Assembly (NCBI GenBank): GCA_001938485.1
Contig: MQRK01238235.1
Location: 1-60,452, forward strand
Direction of reading: 5' to 3'
Length of the DNA stretch: 60,452 nt
DNA from: Girardia tigrina
Lineage: Eukaryota
The position numbers were made by a program, and so were the translations under genes. This document shows positions 1 through 11,859 of this stretch, in pieces. Each line of letters starts with the position of its first letter. The stretch's first letter is position 1. The notes beneath the pieces were generated by a model, which made no database searches, had not been told where the DNA came from, and worked only from the letters and a program-made list of their open reading frames with translations.

Positions 1-125
1 GCGACCGTTGCCATGGTAACCGCGACCGTTGCTATGGTAATCGCGACCGTTGCCATGGTAACCGCGATAACCTTTACCGTTGCCATGGTAACCGCGATAA
101 CCTTTACCGTTGCCATGGTTATGGC
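1..125. repeat. 21/30-bp tandem minisatellite containing GTTGCCATGGTAAC
   Basis: Units GCGACCGTTGCCATGGTAACC (three, one variant), then the 30-bp unit GCGATAACCTTTACCGTTGCCATGGTAACC and a partial copy. Truncated by the window start. ORF 13..219 is just its translation. Confidence 0.9.
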
Positions 126-278
126 TAGGGGGGGGTGTAGGCCGAATGCCCATTTTCTCCCTACTCTAATCAAAATCCAAACAAACATTTTTAATCACAT
201 ACATACATATCCTATTTGACAAAATTGATCTAATATTGATTTTGAAGCATTTTCTCAAAAGACTTTCGATGTAAATTA

Positions 279-784
279 CGAGGGGCGTTCCGAAAGTAAG
301 TGGAAATACTTATATGCGGGTGTGCGCGTGTGTGTGCATCTTACAGAGGGACAGATGGCGTGGTGGCGTGATGTACTTACCAGCCTTAATTTTTGTTTAA
401 CACATGGAATATGCAGTACGTTCTCAGCTTGCCATCATCTTTTTCCTTTGGAAAGAGGATATTCCAGTGTCTGACATTGTGCGCCGCTTATCAAATGTGT
501 TTCAAGGAAGAGCCCTGCAAAAGTCTGCCGTCTACAATTGAGTGCATCAATTCGAAAATGGACGTGAATCCTTAGACGACGAGGACAGGAGTGGACGTCC
601 AGCAACGACGAGCACGGTAGAAAATGTGGAAAAAGTGTCGGAGACCATCAATGCAAATCGCTGCCTTACCATTCGCGAGTTGGCGGAGATGACAGGCCTA
701 TCTGAATGACATTGTATTCCTTCAATAAATGCTTTCTTGTAGTGTCGTCTTCCTTTTTTCCACTTACTTTCGGAACGCCTCTCG
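279..784 (+). mobile_element. Internally deleted mariner element (about 506 bp)
   Basis: TA-flanked TIRs CGAGGGGCGTTCCGAAAGTAAGTGGAAA and TTTCCACTTACTTTCGGAACGCCTCTCG. Internal remnant reads FENGRESLDDEDRSGRPATTSTVENVEKVSETINANRCLTIRELAEMTGL, a mariner HTH region. Confidence 0.9.
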
Positions 785-1216
785 TATTGAACCATTTTTT
801 ATAGATTGATTTCTCATTTTATTATGTGAATCTTCTGAGTTCAATGCATCAAAAATAATAACAAGTTAGTTTTAAACAAAAATAACTCTGTTGAACGCAG
901 TAGAAAAGAATAAATGTTCGATCACAAAAAATAATAAATAATAAAGTTCGAAGAGTAAATCACGAAAACGCTATCATGAATTCTTTTAAATTCTTAGTTA
1001 CAAAGGTACCTTTATTTGTTTGTGAAAATCGTATATATCTTCGCAACGTTTTAACTTAAAATGAATCTGTATAAATGATACATTCGGTTGTTGTACTGTT
1101 TTTTTATATTCTAAATTTAGGAGTTTAGTCCAAATTTTGAGGATTGAAATCGAGATTTGATAGATGATATTTTGAAGATTTCTTTAATTAATTATTTTGT
1201 GTAACTAATTTATAAA

Positions 1217-1508
1217 TTCAGGTACTTTCTTTTAGAATTTCCAATTTTTTTACTTATGTTGGAAGAAAATCCTTTGTATCAACCATAATCATTTCATCAA
1301 TATTTTTTTCGATCAAAGCAAAGATGTCCGTATGTAATGGGTTCTATAAACTTCAGTTTTTAGCAACACAAACTTCATACACATCACTAAAACTGGAATT
1401 CCATTGTAATTTCGATACATTTTCCCATCGCAATACATTTAAAGTAAAATCATTTAATCGACTCCAATATTCATCATAATTAATAGTTTTAGGACTCAGA
1501 GACTTCAT
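1217..1508 (-). pseudogene. CUL2: Cullin-2-like N-terminal fragment with in-frame stops
   Basis: Manual translation from the ATG at 1508: MKSLSPKTINYDEYWSRLNDFTLNVLRWENVSKLQWNSSFSDVYEVCVAKN*SL*NPLHTDIFALIEKNIDEMIMVDTKDFLPT*VKKLEILKEST*. It matches the CUL2 start (MSLKPRVVDFDETW...[24 protein letters not shown]) as recalled. Confidence 0.75.
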
Positions 1509-1599
1509 ACAAATTTGCGAATTATTAAGTAAGACCTTCTAACGGCTGGGCCTTAAAGATTATACTTATCAATGCTCGGTCAACCATTAAATTTTCCGT

Positions 1600-2112
1600 T
1601 CCAATATATATTATAAAAGCCCAAGTCACTCACTGCTTCACTAACGCTGACGTAATCAAGCGAGATAAAAAAACCCGAGTGTGTCGGGTAGTATATATAT
1701 CCGGCACACTATAAATAACCGATACACTGCACACACGACACACACTTTTACGCGCACACAANNNNNNNNNNNNNNNNNNNNNNNNNNNNNNNNNNNNNNN
1801 NNNNNNNNNNNNNNNNNNNNNNNNNNNNNNNNNNNNNNNNNNNNNNNNNNNNNNNNNNNNNNNNNNNNNNNNNNNNNNNNNNNNNNNNNNNNNNNNNNNN
1901 NNNNNNNNNNNNNNNNNNNNNNNNNNNNNNNNNNNNNNNNNNNNNNNNNNNNNNNNNNNNNNNNNNNNNNNNNNNNNNNNNNNNNNNNNNNNNNNNNNNN
2001 NTTACAGCGTTAGTGAGGCAGTGAGGCAGGCAGTGAGTTACTTGGGCTTTTATAATATAAAAAAATTGAACCCCCGGCAAAAGAGGGCCGCGAAGCGGGC
2101 CGAGCGCGCTAG
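1600..2112 (+). mobile_element. Non-autonomous Helitron-like element (N gap inside)
   Basis: 5' TC...TATATTATAAAAGCCCAAGTCACTCACTG. 3' GC-rich hairpin CCGC-GAA-GCGG at about 2088-2098, followed by CTAG|T at 2109-2113. Confidence 0.65.
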
Positions 2113-2439
2113 TAATAATATAATCAATGATTTAAATAATTTAATTAAATTAATTAATTTAAATAATTAAATAATTTAAAACTTTTAAATGTTACACATA
2201 ATTTATTAATATTATAAAAGTTATTAAAAAGCTATTTCAACAATCTGTATTTGTAGAATTTCCTTTATAAATTGAATTAACAACATTCTTAAATTTTAGA
2301 AAATCATTCTTATTTCCCTTCTATCAACTTTCATGACATTTGATAATGCATAAAATAATTAAATAAATACTCCCATTCGAATAGATACACTCAGTAGTTC
2401 TAATACAGAGCTGACAGATTATCTTTTTGGGTTTTGTGA

Positions 2440-3466
2440 ATTTTCATTTCTAAATTTTTAATTTTGGTCAGTTCCCAAGCGACATTGCACGAGGGATGAA
2501 TAAGTTCTTGCAGTACTGTTTATGATGTCAAAAAGATTTTTTGATGTCACAAACAAAAGTAATATCTTTCCTCAGGACGCTTTACTTATACGCATAATCT
2601 TTTTTCAGGGAATATTGACAGAAAACAGCAATTTTGTTATGTTTCATTTTACGGAATTCAAGACTGATGATTCAACCATTGAGGACATATATCGGCTTTA
2701 TCCAGAATCGTTAATGTCATCAGTCAATATCGCGAGTCAACGATTTCATGCATGATTAATACATTTCACGGTGGAAAGACGCTTTGGCTGACGTTTTAGA
2801 TGAAAAACAAGGCACAAAAGAATATGTGGCCATTTAAGTTTTCATTGTTGAGTAAATGGTTGTAGAAAGATTGTTGGAAGCTATCTTTGAGTAATTTGTT
2901 TTGTTATCATATGACGGCAGTTGAGGAATCGATGAAGTTTGGATCTGGGTCAAAGTTTACGGATTCTTATTCATGGATGATAATATTCATATATTATTTC
3001 TAATCCTTGTACCATTAGTTTAGCATCTTTATTGATCGTATCTTTTCGATATTGTTTGACTAAAATAATTCTTTTTGAATTCAATGATTTTTATTTATGG
3101 ATAACATACAAATGATTGAAATTGTCAAATCATTTAATAATATATTTTATGTTAATATTGAATCAGTAATGATTATCTCCATGGTCAAATGTTCAAGAAG
3201 GACTTTAAAGTATCCATTTTTACCAAATAATCCTTACATTTTGTGACACATTTAATAATTGTAGCAAAAAGGAACATAAATAACCATGAAGTAATTTCAC
3301 TATCATAATCTGTTATATCAATTGCTGAACATATTATCCGATCGTACATACAGGAGACGATATAAGTTTTTCTGGGTTTATTCAATGTTTTTCCTAATGT
3401 ATTTTCTTTCAATTGAAAAATTAAAAAAAGTCTAAATCTTATTCCTTTCCCTTTTATCGTAAACAC
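2440..3466 (-). pseudogene. Possible decayed BTB-BACK(-Kelch)-like gene fragment
   Basis: ORF 3185..3466 has YDRIICSA and VTKCKDYLVKMDTLKSFLNI, resembling BTB HRxxLxA and the BTB/BACK CxxFLxxxLxxxNCLxI motif. Downstream, stop-riddled frames give IYVLNG and STARTYSSLV, which are weakly Kelch-like. Confidence 0.3.
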
Positions 3467-4198
3467 ATTATTTAAATTAATCCCTTTGATAACATTCTTC
3501 TGATCTCAGGGATGAAAGAAAAGAAACACGTAGAAAAAATAAATGGTTAGACTATCAGATCAAAAAATTTTGTAACCTTGTTTGGGGATGCATAAATTCT
3601 GAACTAAGGCCTTGATAATTAAACATGTTTTGATTTTATTGTGACTTTAAAATATAATTTCCCTGACACAATTTAATTTACAAAAAGTAGACTTTCGTTT
3701 ATAATTATATCATTTTTTTTAATGATCTCGGTAAGATAAGCTAAAATAAGAAAGATAATTACTACTTGTGATCTGCAGGGATGTTTAATTGATGGAAAAG
3801 TAAAAAAAAAGTTAAAGTTAATATTAAAGAGTTATTAAACTTGTAAATTTCTACATTTCTGAGTAATAAAGTTTATTTTTTCCTATGCAAGATAATCTGG
3901 TAGATTATATGGTGCCCGGACAAATGCGCCATGTCAAAACCAACATTTGCGTGAAAAAGGGATTATATATCTACAAAAAAAGTATATAACTACATAAAAT
4001 AAATTATTATTTAAATAAAATTATTGTTAATTTAGTACAAAAATATCAATTTGATAAAAAGTATTGAAAGATGAAAATAGTTAAAATAAACTACTTCATA
4101 GATAATAATTTTTTTGTAAAAATATAAATTTAATAAATGTATTGGAAATATTTTAATTGGTTAAACAAGTTACTTCTTTAATAATAAGCAAATCATCC

Positions 4199-5578
4199 CA
4201 TTCATTTGACCAGAAACAACAATTGAATTGCCGTTTCCCTCATTCAATTTACCTAAAACGTAAATTGATTTAATTATTTAAAAATTCAATAATAAAACTA
4301 AACATTTATTAAAAATTAACAGTATACAAATGAATAATTAACCTAAAATTTCTTCTTTCTTGATGCACTGCGGCATATAGTTATATGGCTTTTGACATAC
4401 ATTAAATATTTGAGTTTGGGCACATTTAATATGCTATCCCTCGCCACGCGCAGCAAAATATTCAGACGATGTTGCTGCTGTGTTAATCCAATGGGGCAAT
4501 TATCAAGATTTACTTGTTCTTCTGACAAAGAACTTTTCACCCTTGATTTAAACGTTGAGTGATATTGCTCAACTGGGTTTAAGAAAGGTGAGTAAGGTGG
4601 CAGATATTTAATCTTATACTGGTTAATATACTCCATAGGTATTTTTAGTTGGGCGTCAATATGAGGACGTGCATTATCTAATACTAAATATATAGTATGA
4701 TCATGAGGGAATATATCTTTTGTAGCTGTAATTAAGTCCTTAATAAATTCCCCAAAATTTTCCATTGTAACTCGTTCCACCTTTATTCAGCTATGCATCA
4801 ATCCATATACCTGATTAATCGCAAATGTGCACATCAGGTTTTGACCTTTTTGTTTCGAAACCACTCTTCGTGCCGGTACACCATGCAATGCTCGTCCAAA
4901 GGTTCTTCTTGTCCACACATTGTATCCACATTCGTCAATGTATATAATATCATCCGAGGATGTTTTATCAAGAAAGCATGTTGCGTACATATACCTTTTT
5001 TCTATGTTTTCGACGGTGTTCCTCTGTACTGGTATATCTTCACATAATTTTAAGGTGATTAACATTTTATCCAGTGTCCTTGCAATGGTTTCGTCTGAAA
5101 CATATGGCTTCATTGACAACTGAATACGCAATTTTTTATTAATTTCCTTAAGCGTCAACAGTGGATTTTCTTCAATTATTTGAAAAAGGACTTCTTTCAT
5201 ATCATCGTCTACTTTGTATTATGTACTCCACCACGTTTTAATTTGGTTATTTGATCATTTTTTAAATAATTCCAAATAATTGACCTTGCCGATTCCCTTT
5301 TGATATTTAGTAAATCCGCGACCTTCACATAATCTTGGTCTTGACTTTCAAATGAGTCTATAATACGCTTCCTATCTTCGTCTGAAATGCGTTTATAGAC
5401 TCGTTTATTAGGATTAGAATTTCCATTAGAATTNNNNNNNNNNNNNNNNNNNNNNNNNNTATAATTAGAATTGAAAAAATTGAATTTTTAAATAATTAAA
5501 TCAATTTACGTTTTAGGTAAATTGAATGTGGGAAACGGCAATTCAATTGTTGTTTCTGGTCAAATGAATGCAAAAACC
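4199..5578 (-). mobile_element. IS630-like Tc1/mariner element (DD35E), disrupted transposase
   Basis: About 90-bp inverted repeats at 4199-4290 and 5480-5570. ORFs 4787..5200 and 4343..4780 carry IYIDECG, VLDNARPH and YLPPYSPFLNPVE, with 35 residues between D2 and E. Confidence 0.9.
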
Positions 5579-5806
5579 TATACTAAGAAATTAGAACATG
5601 GTAATAGGATGTTAGAAGGATAACACGCAATAAAACAAAAGCAATGAAAATTCTTACAATGATTTTCGAGAAATAAAATAAAAAAATAAAATTGAATTCC
5701 ACTATTCATTCTATACCGATATAACCTAAGAGTATTCTAAACAGGACGGAATAAAAATTTATTCCATCGTTTTTGAAGACTGTATTTTTAAAAAATAATG
5801 TGTAGT

Positions 5807-5853
<47 letters not shown>

Positions 5854-5979
5854 CTTTTGTGTTAGTTTTGAAAATATAAATAGAAACAATACGTAGCATG
5901 GTTAAACTTATCAATAGTAATATTCAAAATGATAAAAATTGTACTACTCAATCCCCGAGTTGCTCGGAGAATCGGACAG

Positions 5980-5990
5980 TGGTAGCAGAG
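5980..5990 (+). other. Candidate tRNA-iMet primer-binding site of a truncated LTR element
   Basis: ...GGACA-G-TGGTAGCAGAG is complementary to the animal initiator tRNA 3' end and sits one base after an ACA. Confidence 0.45.
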
Positions 5991-6262
5991 TCACACAGTA
6001 GATCATTTGAAAACTCGGTCTTATTGTGTTGGGCCCATTGTATGAATATAATTTGAAACTTGTTCGAGTCGTAAGTTTTATCGAAAAAGATGATATTGCT
6101 AATTTATAATCTCAACATCACTTCTTTAAGAATCAGAATGTGAGGAAATATTATTTTAGAAATGAATCATTTGAATTCCATCAACAAAATTTATTTTAAA
6201 TCAAAATAACATCGTCTCTAAATCAGAGCACAAGAAAACTAACTCAAAAAATTCATCATAAT

Positions 6263-6690
6263 TATTAAGAACACCAACTTGACTTTTTATATTTATATTT
6301 AAACAACAATTTTGATTGTCCTTAAAACAATCTTTGTCAAAACTTTCGTACATTTGCATTCTAAACGAAATTGATTAATGAATTAATTCTCATTATTTTT
6401 TTTAGCAAATGGGGAAATAAATATTTTATTAAAATATTTACTCAAAACTTATTGGATAATAATTAAAATGATTATTAATTATTTAAAAAATATTAATTTA
6501 ATTTATTTATTAAATATTATAAAAATTAATTAACTTATTTAAAATTATTTGAAATTAAAAATAAATTTAAACATTACATATTTTTAGATAAGAATTCAAA
6601 TATTAATCATCCATCTGGGTAGGAGAGACACATTTCCAAATCAACATACACATTCAAACACAAAACATCAACCATTCAAATATTCTTCAC
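6263..6690 (-). repeat. 3' part of AT-rich LTR family A (ends TTCTTAATA)
   Basis: Inverted copy of 14293-15171. Shares the TCTCCYACYCARATGGA motif and the TGTTCTTAATA end with the copies ending at 26797 and 48392. Confidence 0.7.
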
Positions 6691-7269
6691 AATAATAATT
6701 TCAAACATCAAGATATTGTACTGCTTTGAAGTCATCAAAAAATATTTCATCATTCAAGACATTATACTGCTTTGACTTCGTCAAAAAAGTCTCATTCGAA
6801 AACTTTCAAAAATCATTCATAATGATTCAATGCAAAATTCTTGACTTAAAACAAAACAAAATAATAAATGTTCATCACAAAAAATACTACTTTCGAGAAA
6901 TTGTGAAACATAAATTCTGATCGCTTGGCCAATCAGAGTGAGTATTTCTCAATTTAACCAGTAATAATTTCCTTCTTCGGCACACTTACTCGAATCTCTC
7001 ACACACACTGGTCAAATAATTAAATCAAATATGACTCAATGAGTCATCAAAGGATTTAAATATAGTTTGATCATTCATTTTGCAATTATTTATTTAATTT
7101 AAACCTTATATTAAATTTTTATTTTTATTATTTAATTTTTTTTATTTATTTTTTTAATTTTTTAATTTTTAAATTTTATAGAAACATATCGATTGAAATT
7201 GTCATTCAAGGAGAGACGAGAAGAAGGATTCTGAATTAAGTTTGGGATAAATAATAATAATCACAAATA

Positions 7270-8925
7270 CCGTATTTATCGCTTCCTATTTTTTTAATTT
7301 TGAAAATTAAATTCCACAGCGTATAAATCACACTAGTGTATAAGTCACATAATTTTTGTGACTTGAAAACTTGAATCAAAAACTTATTTTAAATTATTCA
7401 AATGAAGAAATCATTAATTTTAAATTAATATTATTTTAATTTGGACTTTAATTATTTTTGTTTTATTCAAATAATTTGAATTTAAAATCCACGTTGAAAA
7501 TGAAAAAAAACAAGAAGATAGTTTACGGTCGAATTAAAATTGGAAATTATTGCTTATTCTGACAAACAAGGGTAAACAGAGACGTAGAAAGAGAATTCGA
7601 TATAAATGAAAAAAAACATTCGGGATTGGAGAAAGTCGAAAAATTTTGTAAACATCATGCCGAAAAAAAGAAAACAAAAAGACGGGGATTTGCATATTGG
7701 CCCGATTTAGAAAAGGCCGTTAAAAAGTATGTAATTGAGAAAAGGGAGAAATGTTTTAAAGTCTATACAATTGATATTAGATTAACAGCGAAAAAATGGC
7801 AAAATATGATTTTAATATAGAAAATTTTAATGGATCGAATGGTTGGTGCACAAGATTTATGAAAAGAAATAATTTAAGCATGAGAGCAGTAACTTCAGTC
7901 GGACAAGCTGATTGGGAAGAAAAAATAATCATTTTTACTTTTTATTACAGATAAAAAGAGAGATATCGATTTGAAGCCTCTTGGGAATATGGATGAAGTT
8001 TCTGTTAGTTTCGATATTCTGGATGCAAGGACAATTGATGAAAAAGGAAAAAAAAGATATTCTGATCAAAACAACCGAAAATGAAAAATATAATTTTACA
8101 GTTATATTAACTGCAACTGCCGATGGAAAAAATGTAAACCAATGGTGATATTTAAAAGACAGAAAATTTTCCAAAATGAATTATTGCTGAAGTCAATAAA
8201 AATGGATGGTCAAATAGTGAAATAATGAAAAAATGGATACCAAAAATTTAGATAAAAAGAAATGATTCCTTTTTTAAGCCAAAATCACTTTTAATATACG
8301 ATTCTGCTAGATGTCATCTTACTGGGGAAGTTAAAAATGAAGTCAAAAAATATTCTGAACTTGCAGTGATTCCTGGTGGCTTCACTAAAAGCCTTCAACC
8401 ACTTGATCTATAAGTTAACAAATCGTTCAAATCTAAGCTAAAGATACATTGGGAAAATTGGATTATCATTTACTGGTTGTCACATTGGTTGTCACATTTA
8501 CAACAAAACGGGGAAAATCAAAAGAGCGACATATTTAGAAATATATGATTGGATTGTTAAAAGCTGGGAAGATTTTACACCACAGTGTATTAAAAATGGA
8601 TTTAAGAAAGCAGGGATTCAAACTTATGATGAAAATATCGAAGGTGATGATGATTCAGAAATTGAAACTGGAAGTGTGGCTAAAGATTTACAAGATATCC
8701 AAACGGAATTTTTACACATTTTCGAAACATTTGAAATAATAAATGATGAAGATTTTGATGGATTCGAGGAAATAGAATAATCTTAAAATAAAATTATTGG
8801 TGTTTTTTATATATTGATGTTTTTATTTTTATATAAGTCACACACGCGTATAAGTCTAACCAATTTTATTTTAATTTTCATACCTTTTTTCATATAGTTC
8901 GCGGTTTATAGTCTGATAAATACGG
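7270..8925 (+). mobile_element. pogo-family transposon, degenerate transposase
   Basis: TA-flanked TIRs CCGTATTTATC and GATAAATACGG. Frameshifted remnants: GWCTRFMKRN (CENP-B HTH), GNMDEV, ADGK, LIYDSARCH and IPGGFTKSLQPLD. Confidence 0.88.
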
Positions 8926-10429
8926 TAAATATTAAAAAAAAATTATTAATATTACTTATATTCCGAAAAATAATAAAATAATCTAATTTCCTAAAAATTT
9001 CAAGGATTGGATAAAACATATTATAAATTCTCAATGAAATGTAATTTGGTTATAAGTTATAATGTTTTACATAACTTGTTCGTGTATATTTTAATTACAG
9101 TTTCATTTTATTATATTACTTATTTTTATATTAAAAAAATAGAAAAGGAAATCATCTTTTTTGGATTATTAATTAAGAATACTAGAACTGCTTTTTTATA
9201 GTTATAACTAATTTTCATTTAGTTATAAGTTATAACTAATAATATTATTATTATTTGATTACACAAAGGGGAAAATAAATTGCTGCTTTTTCACTGATAC
9301 CTCTCTTCTCATTTTCCCTTAATAAATTAATTCTTCGTAGGTGTTGGACAAATAAAAATAATAAAGTTTACAAAATACTTTAAATACATATATGACGAAT
9401 ATACACACATAAATAAATAAATATCACATAAAATGCTCATAAACACATGAATAATACATGCACAATCACACCTACACGAACACAAATATGGCTGCAAAAT
9501 AAGACAACGGCTCTGACATAAAACTATAATTGACCAATGAGCAATAAAAATAAAGGGTGTGGAAAATTCACATTACAATAAGCAAATGAGAATTTGTTTA
9601 TTTTTCGTTGTGTTGTTCCCATCATTTGTCTCTCCCATATAGAATACAACGTTTTATCATTTTGTTCTAATCTGATAATTACTGAGAACATGCACCAATC
9701 ATGAAAAAAGGAAAACATACATTTTATAATCTCACCTAATATAACAGTTGTATTTCTATTTATGTCTAATTCAGACTTATATTAAATGAATATTAATTTT
9801 ATATATTTTTTTACTTCATTTGCTGAAGTTTTTTTATTCTTCTTTAAGCTAAGTACATTTATTTTAATATATTCTGGGAGTATAATTGAAAAAAAACAGT
9901 TCACAGAAATTTATGTATATTATGAAAGAATCATTATGTATTTTTAATAAAAATTGCAAATCTATTGAAATGAAAAATTACTTTTTAGCCTCAAACTTCC
10001 CAAAATTGAAAACCAATTCAAGTAGAACCACTTTCGCCAGGAGAACAAATTATACGGATTTCCACTAATTCACTTTACATTATTTTTATGTATTCGATTT
10101 TCTTCATGAATCAAACATAATTTTACAGAAAAAATAACACAAGATAAATACAATTATTAAAATAATTTAACAGTTTTATTAATAAATTTGCTTTTAAAAT
10201 TTTATTTATTATTTTTATAAACGCCTTTGTCCTATTTATTTTCAAAATAAACTTTGTTGTGTTTACTTGTAATCAAATTATATTTTACTATAGTTATTTT
10301 GAACCTAATAAATATAAACTTAGTTTTATACATTTTATTATTAGATGTAAATGGTCATCCATTTTTCTACAGGTTTTTTATATCATTTTATTTATATTTA
10401 ATTTAACATATTTACATTTAATAACAACA

Positions 10430-11857
10430 CTCATCCATTTAAAAATATATTTCAAGACAATATATTTCGATGGATCTACCGTCATCTTCAGGTTACTATT
10501 TAATAATCAATTCACCTGTATATAAATTCAAAAATGATAATTACGTAATCGATTGCATGAAATCATGCTAATCAAAAATTCTCAATAAGCTGGTTGAGAC
10601 TGCCGATTGAACATTGATTTTAGGGCAACTTGACCTAATTAACAATGCTTCACACGACACTCTCTCCCAGTAACTGTCAAAATGCTTACACAGAATTTTG
10701 AAATTATCAAAATTAACATAACATTTACATTTTTTCCTATGTTCTGCAATATTACTCTTACTCTCTTTTCGACCATGTTCTTGAATTCGTTTACAGAGAT
10801 GACGGGCAGTCTCTCCAATATATGTGGCATCGCATCCATTACATTTATATTCATAAACAAAATCAGAACAAAGTGTGAAAAGTGTACTAGATTTATTACT
10901 GAACATATTTCAAATTTTATGAGATTGTGATATAATTTTTAAATTTAATTCATTGTTAGTTGCTTTTAACAATGCATTTTTTAAAGTTTTTAAATCCTTC
11001 AGAATAAGGTACAATTAAACAATATTTAGGCATATTATTAATATCTAATGATCCTTTGATTTCTTTCTTAGATCCATCAGGAGAAGTCAAACTCTGATTT
11101 TTCGAAAAATCTTTCAAAAGTATTTTATCTACTGTTTCCTTTATTAATTTTTCTAGAAAAGATTTAGAATAACCATTCTGATTTAACAAAGAACTTAGTT
11201 TATTAACACTTTCTACAGATTTAACAAAAGTGTAAGACAACGACCAGGATCGATAAATTCAGCCTTTAATCATGTTTCTTTTATACTTAAGTTCTCAAAA
11301 ACTATCTAGGGAAGTATATAAACCTGTATCAGTTTGCTTCCTATAAATTCCAGTCTCGTAACAAAGAGATTTTCTTTCAACTAAAGGATCCAGGAAAGGT
11401 AAGACTCCATTCTTTTCATTTTCAACTGTAAAAGTAACATTTGAATGTAACGAATTCATAAAATTTAAAAATGGAAGTTCATCAGCCTGATTTAAAAAAA
11501 CTAGAAATATATCATCAACGTATCGTTTATATACTAAAGGTTGATTTCCATCAAACAGTTTAATTTTATTTTCAATCTTTGAAAGAAAAACAGAAGCTAA
11601 CGTTGGTGCTAACGGTGAACCCATAGCAACCCCATCAGTTTGCTTATACCACTCATTATTAAAAAGAAAACGAACATTTGATATTTCAAAACTTAATAAC
11701 TCTCGAAACCCAACCTCGTCGACAATATGATTTTCTGAATGATTATTTTTCCATAGATCACAACACAAATTCAAGGTTTCAACCAAGGGAACATTTGTAA
11801 ATATACTAGAGATGTCAAAAGAAACCATAAATTCCCTTTCATTCTGTACTTTATAAA
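10430..11857 (-). mobile_element. Penelope-like retroelement (RT + GIY-YIG), 5'-truncated and frameshifted
   Basis: RT motifs VSFDISSIFTNVP, GVAMGSPLAPTLA, RYVDDIF and LPFLD. GIY-YIG motif VYEYKCNGCDATYIGETARHLCKRIQEH (ORFs 11295..11888, 10956..11240, 10568..10906). Confidence 0.93.
10456..10491 (-). ncRNA. Minimal type-I hammerhead ribozyme motif in the PLE 3' region (pLTR)
   Basis: Minus strand reads AAC-CUGAAGA-U-GACGG-UAGAU-CCAUC-GAAA-UAUAUU-GUC. Both core boxes are intact, stem II has 4 of 5 pairs, and the stem-III region is palindromic (AAUAUAUU). It lies about 80 nt past the GIY-YIG stop. Confidence 0.7.
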
Positions 11858-11859
11858 TA

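Noticed and set aside
1-125. CRISPR-like repeat array
   Set aside because: The units are contiguous with no unique spacers, there are no cas genes, and the context is eukaryotic.
13-219. 68-aa repetitive ORF
   Set aside because: It is a translation of the 21/30-bp minisatellite.
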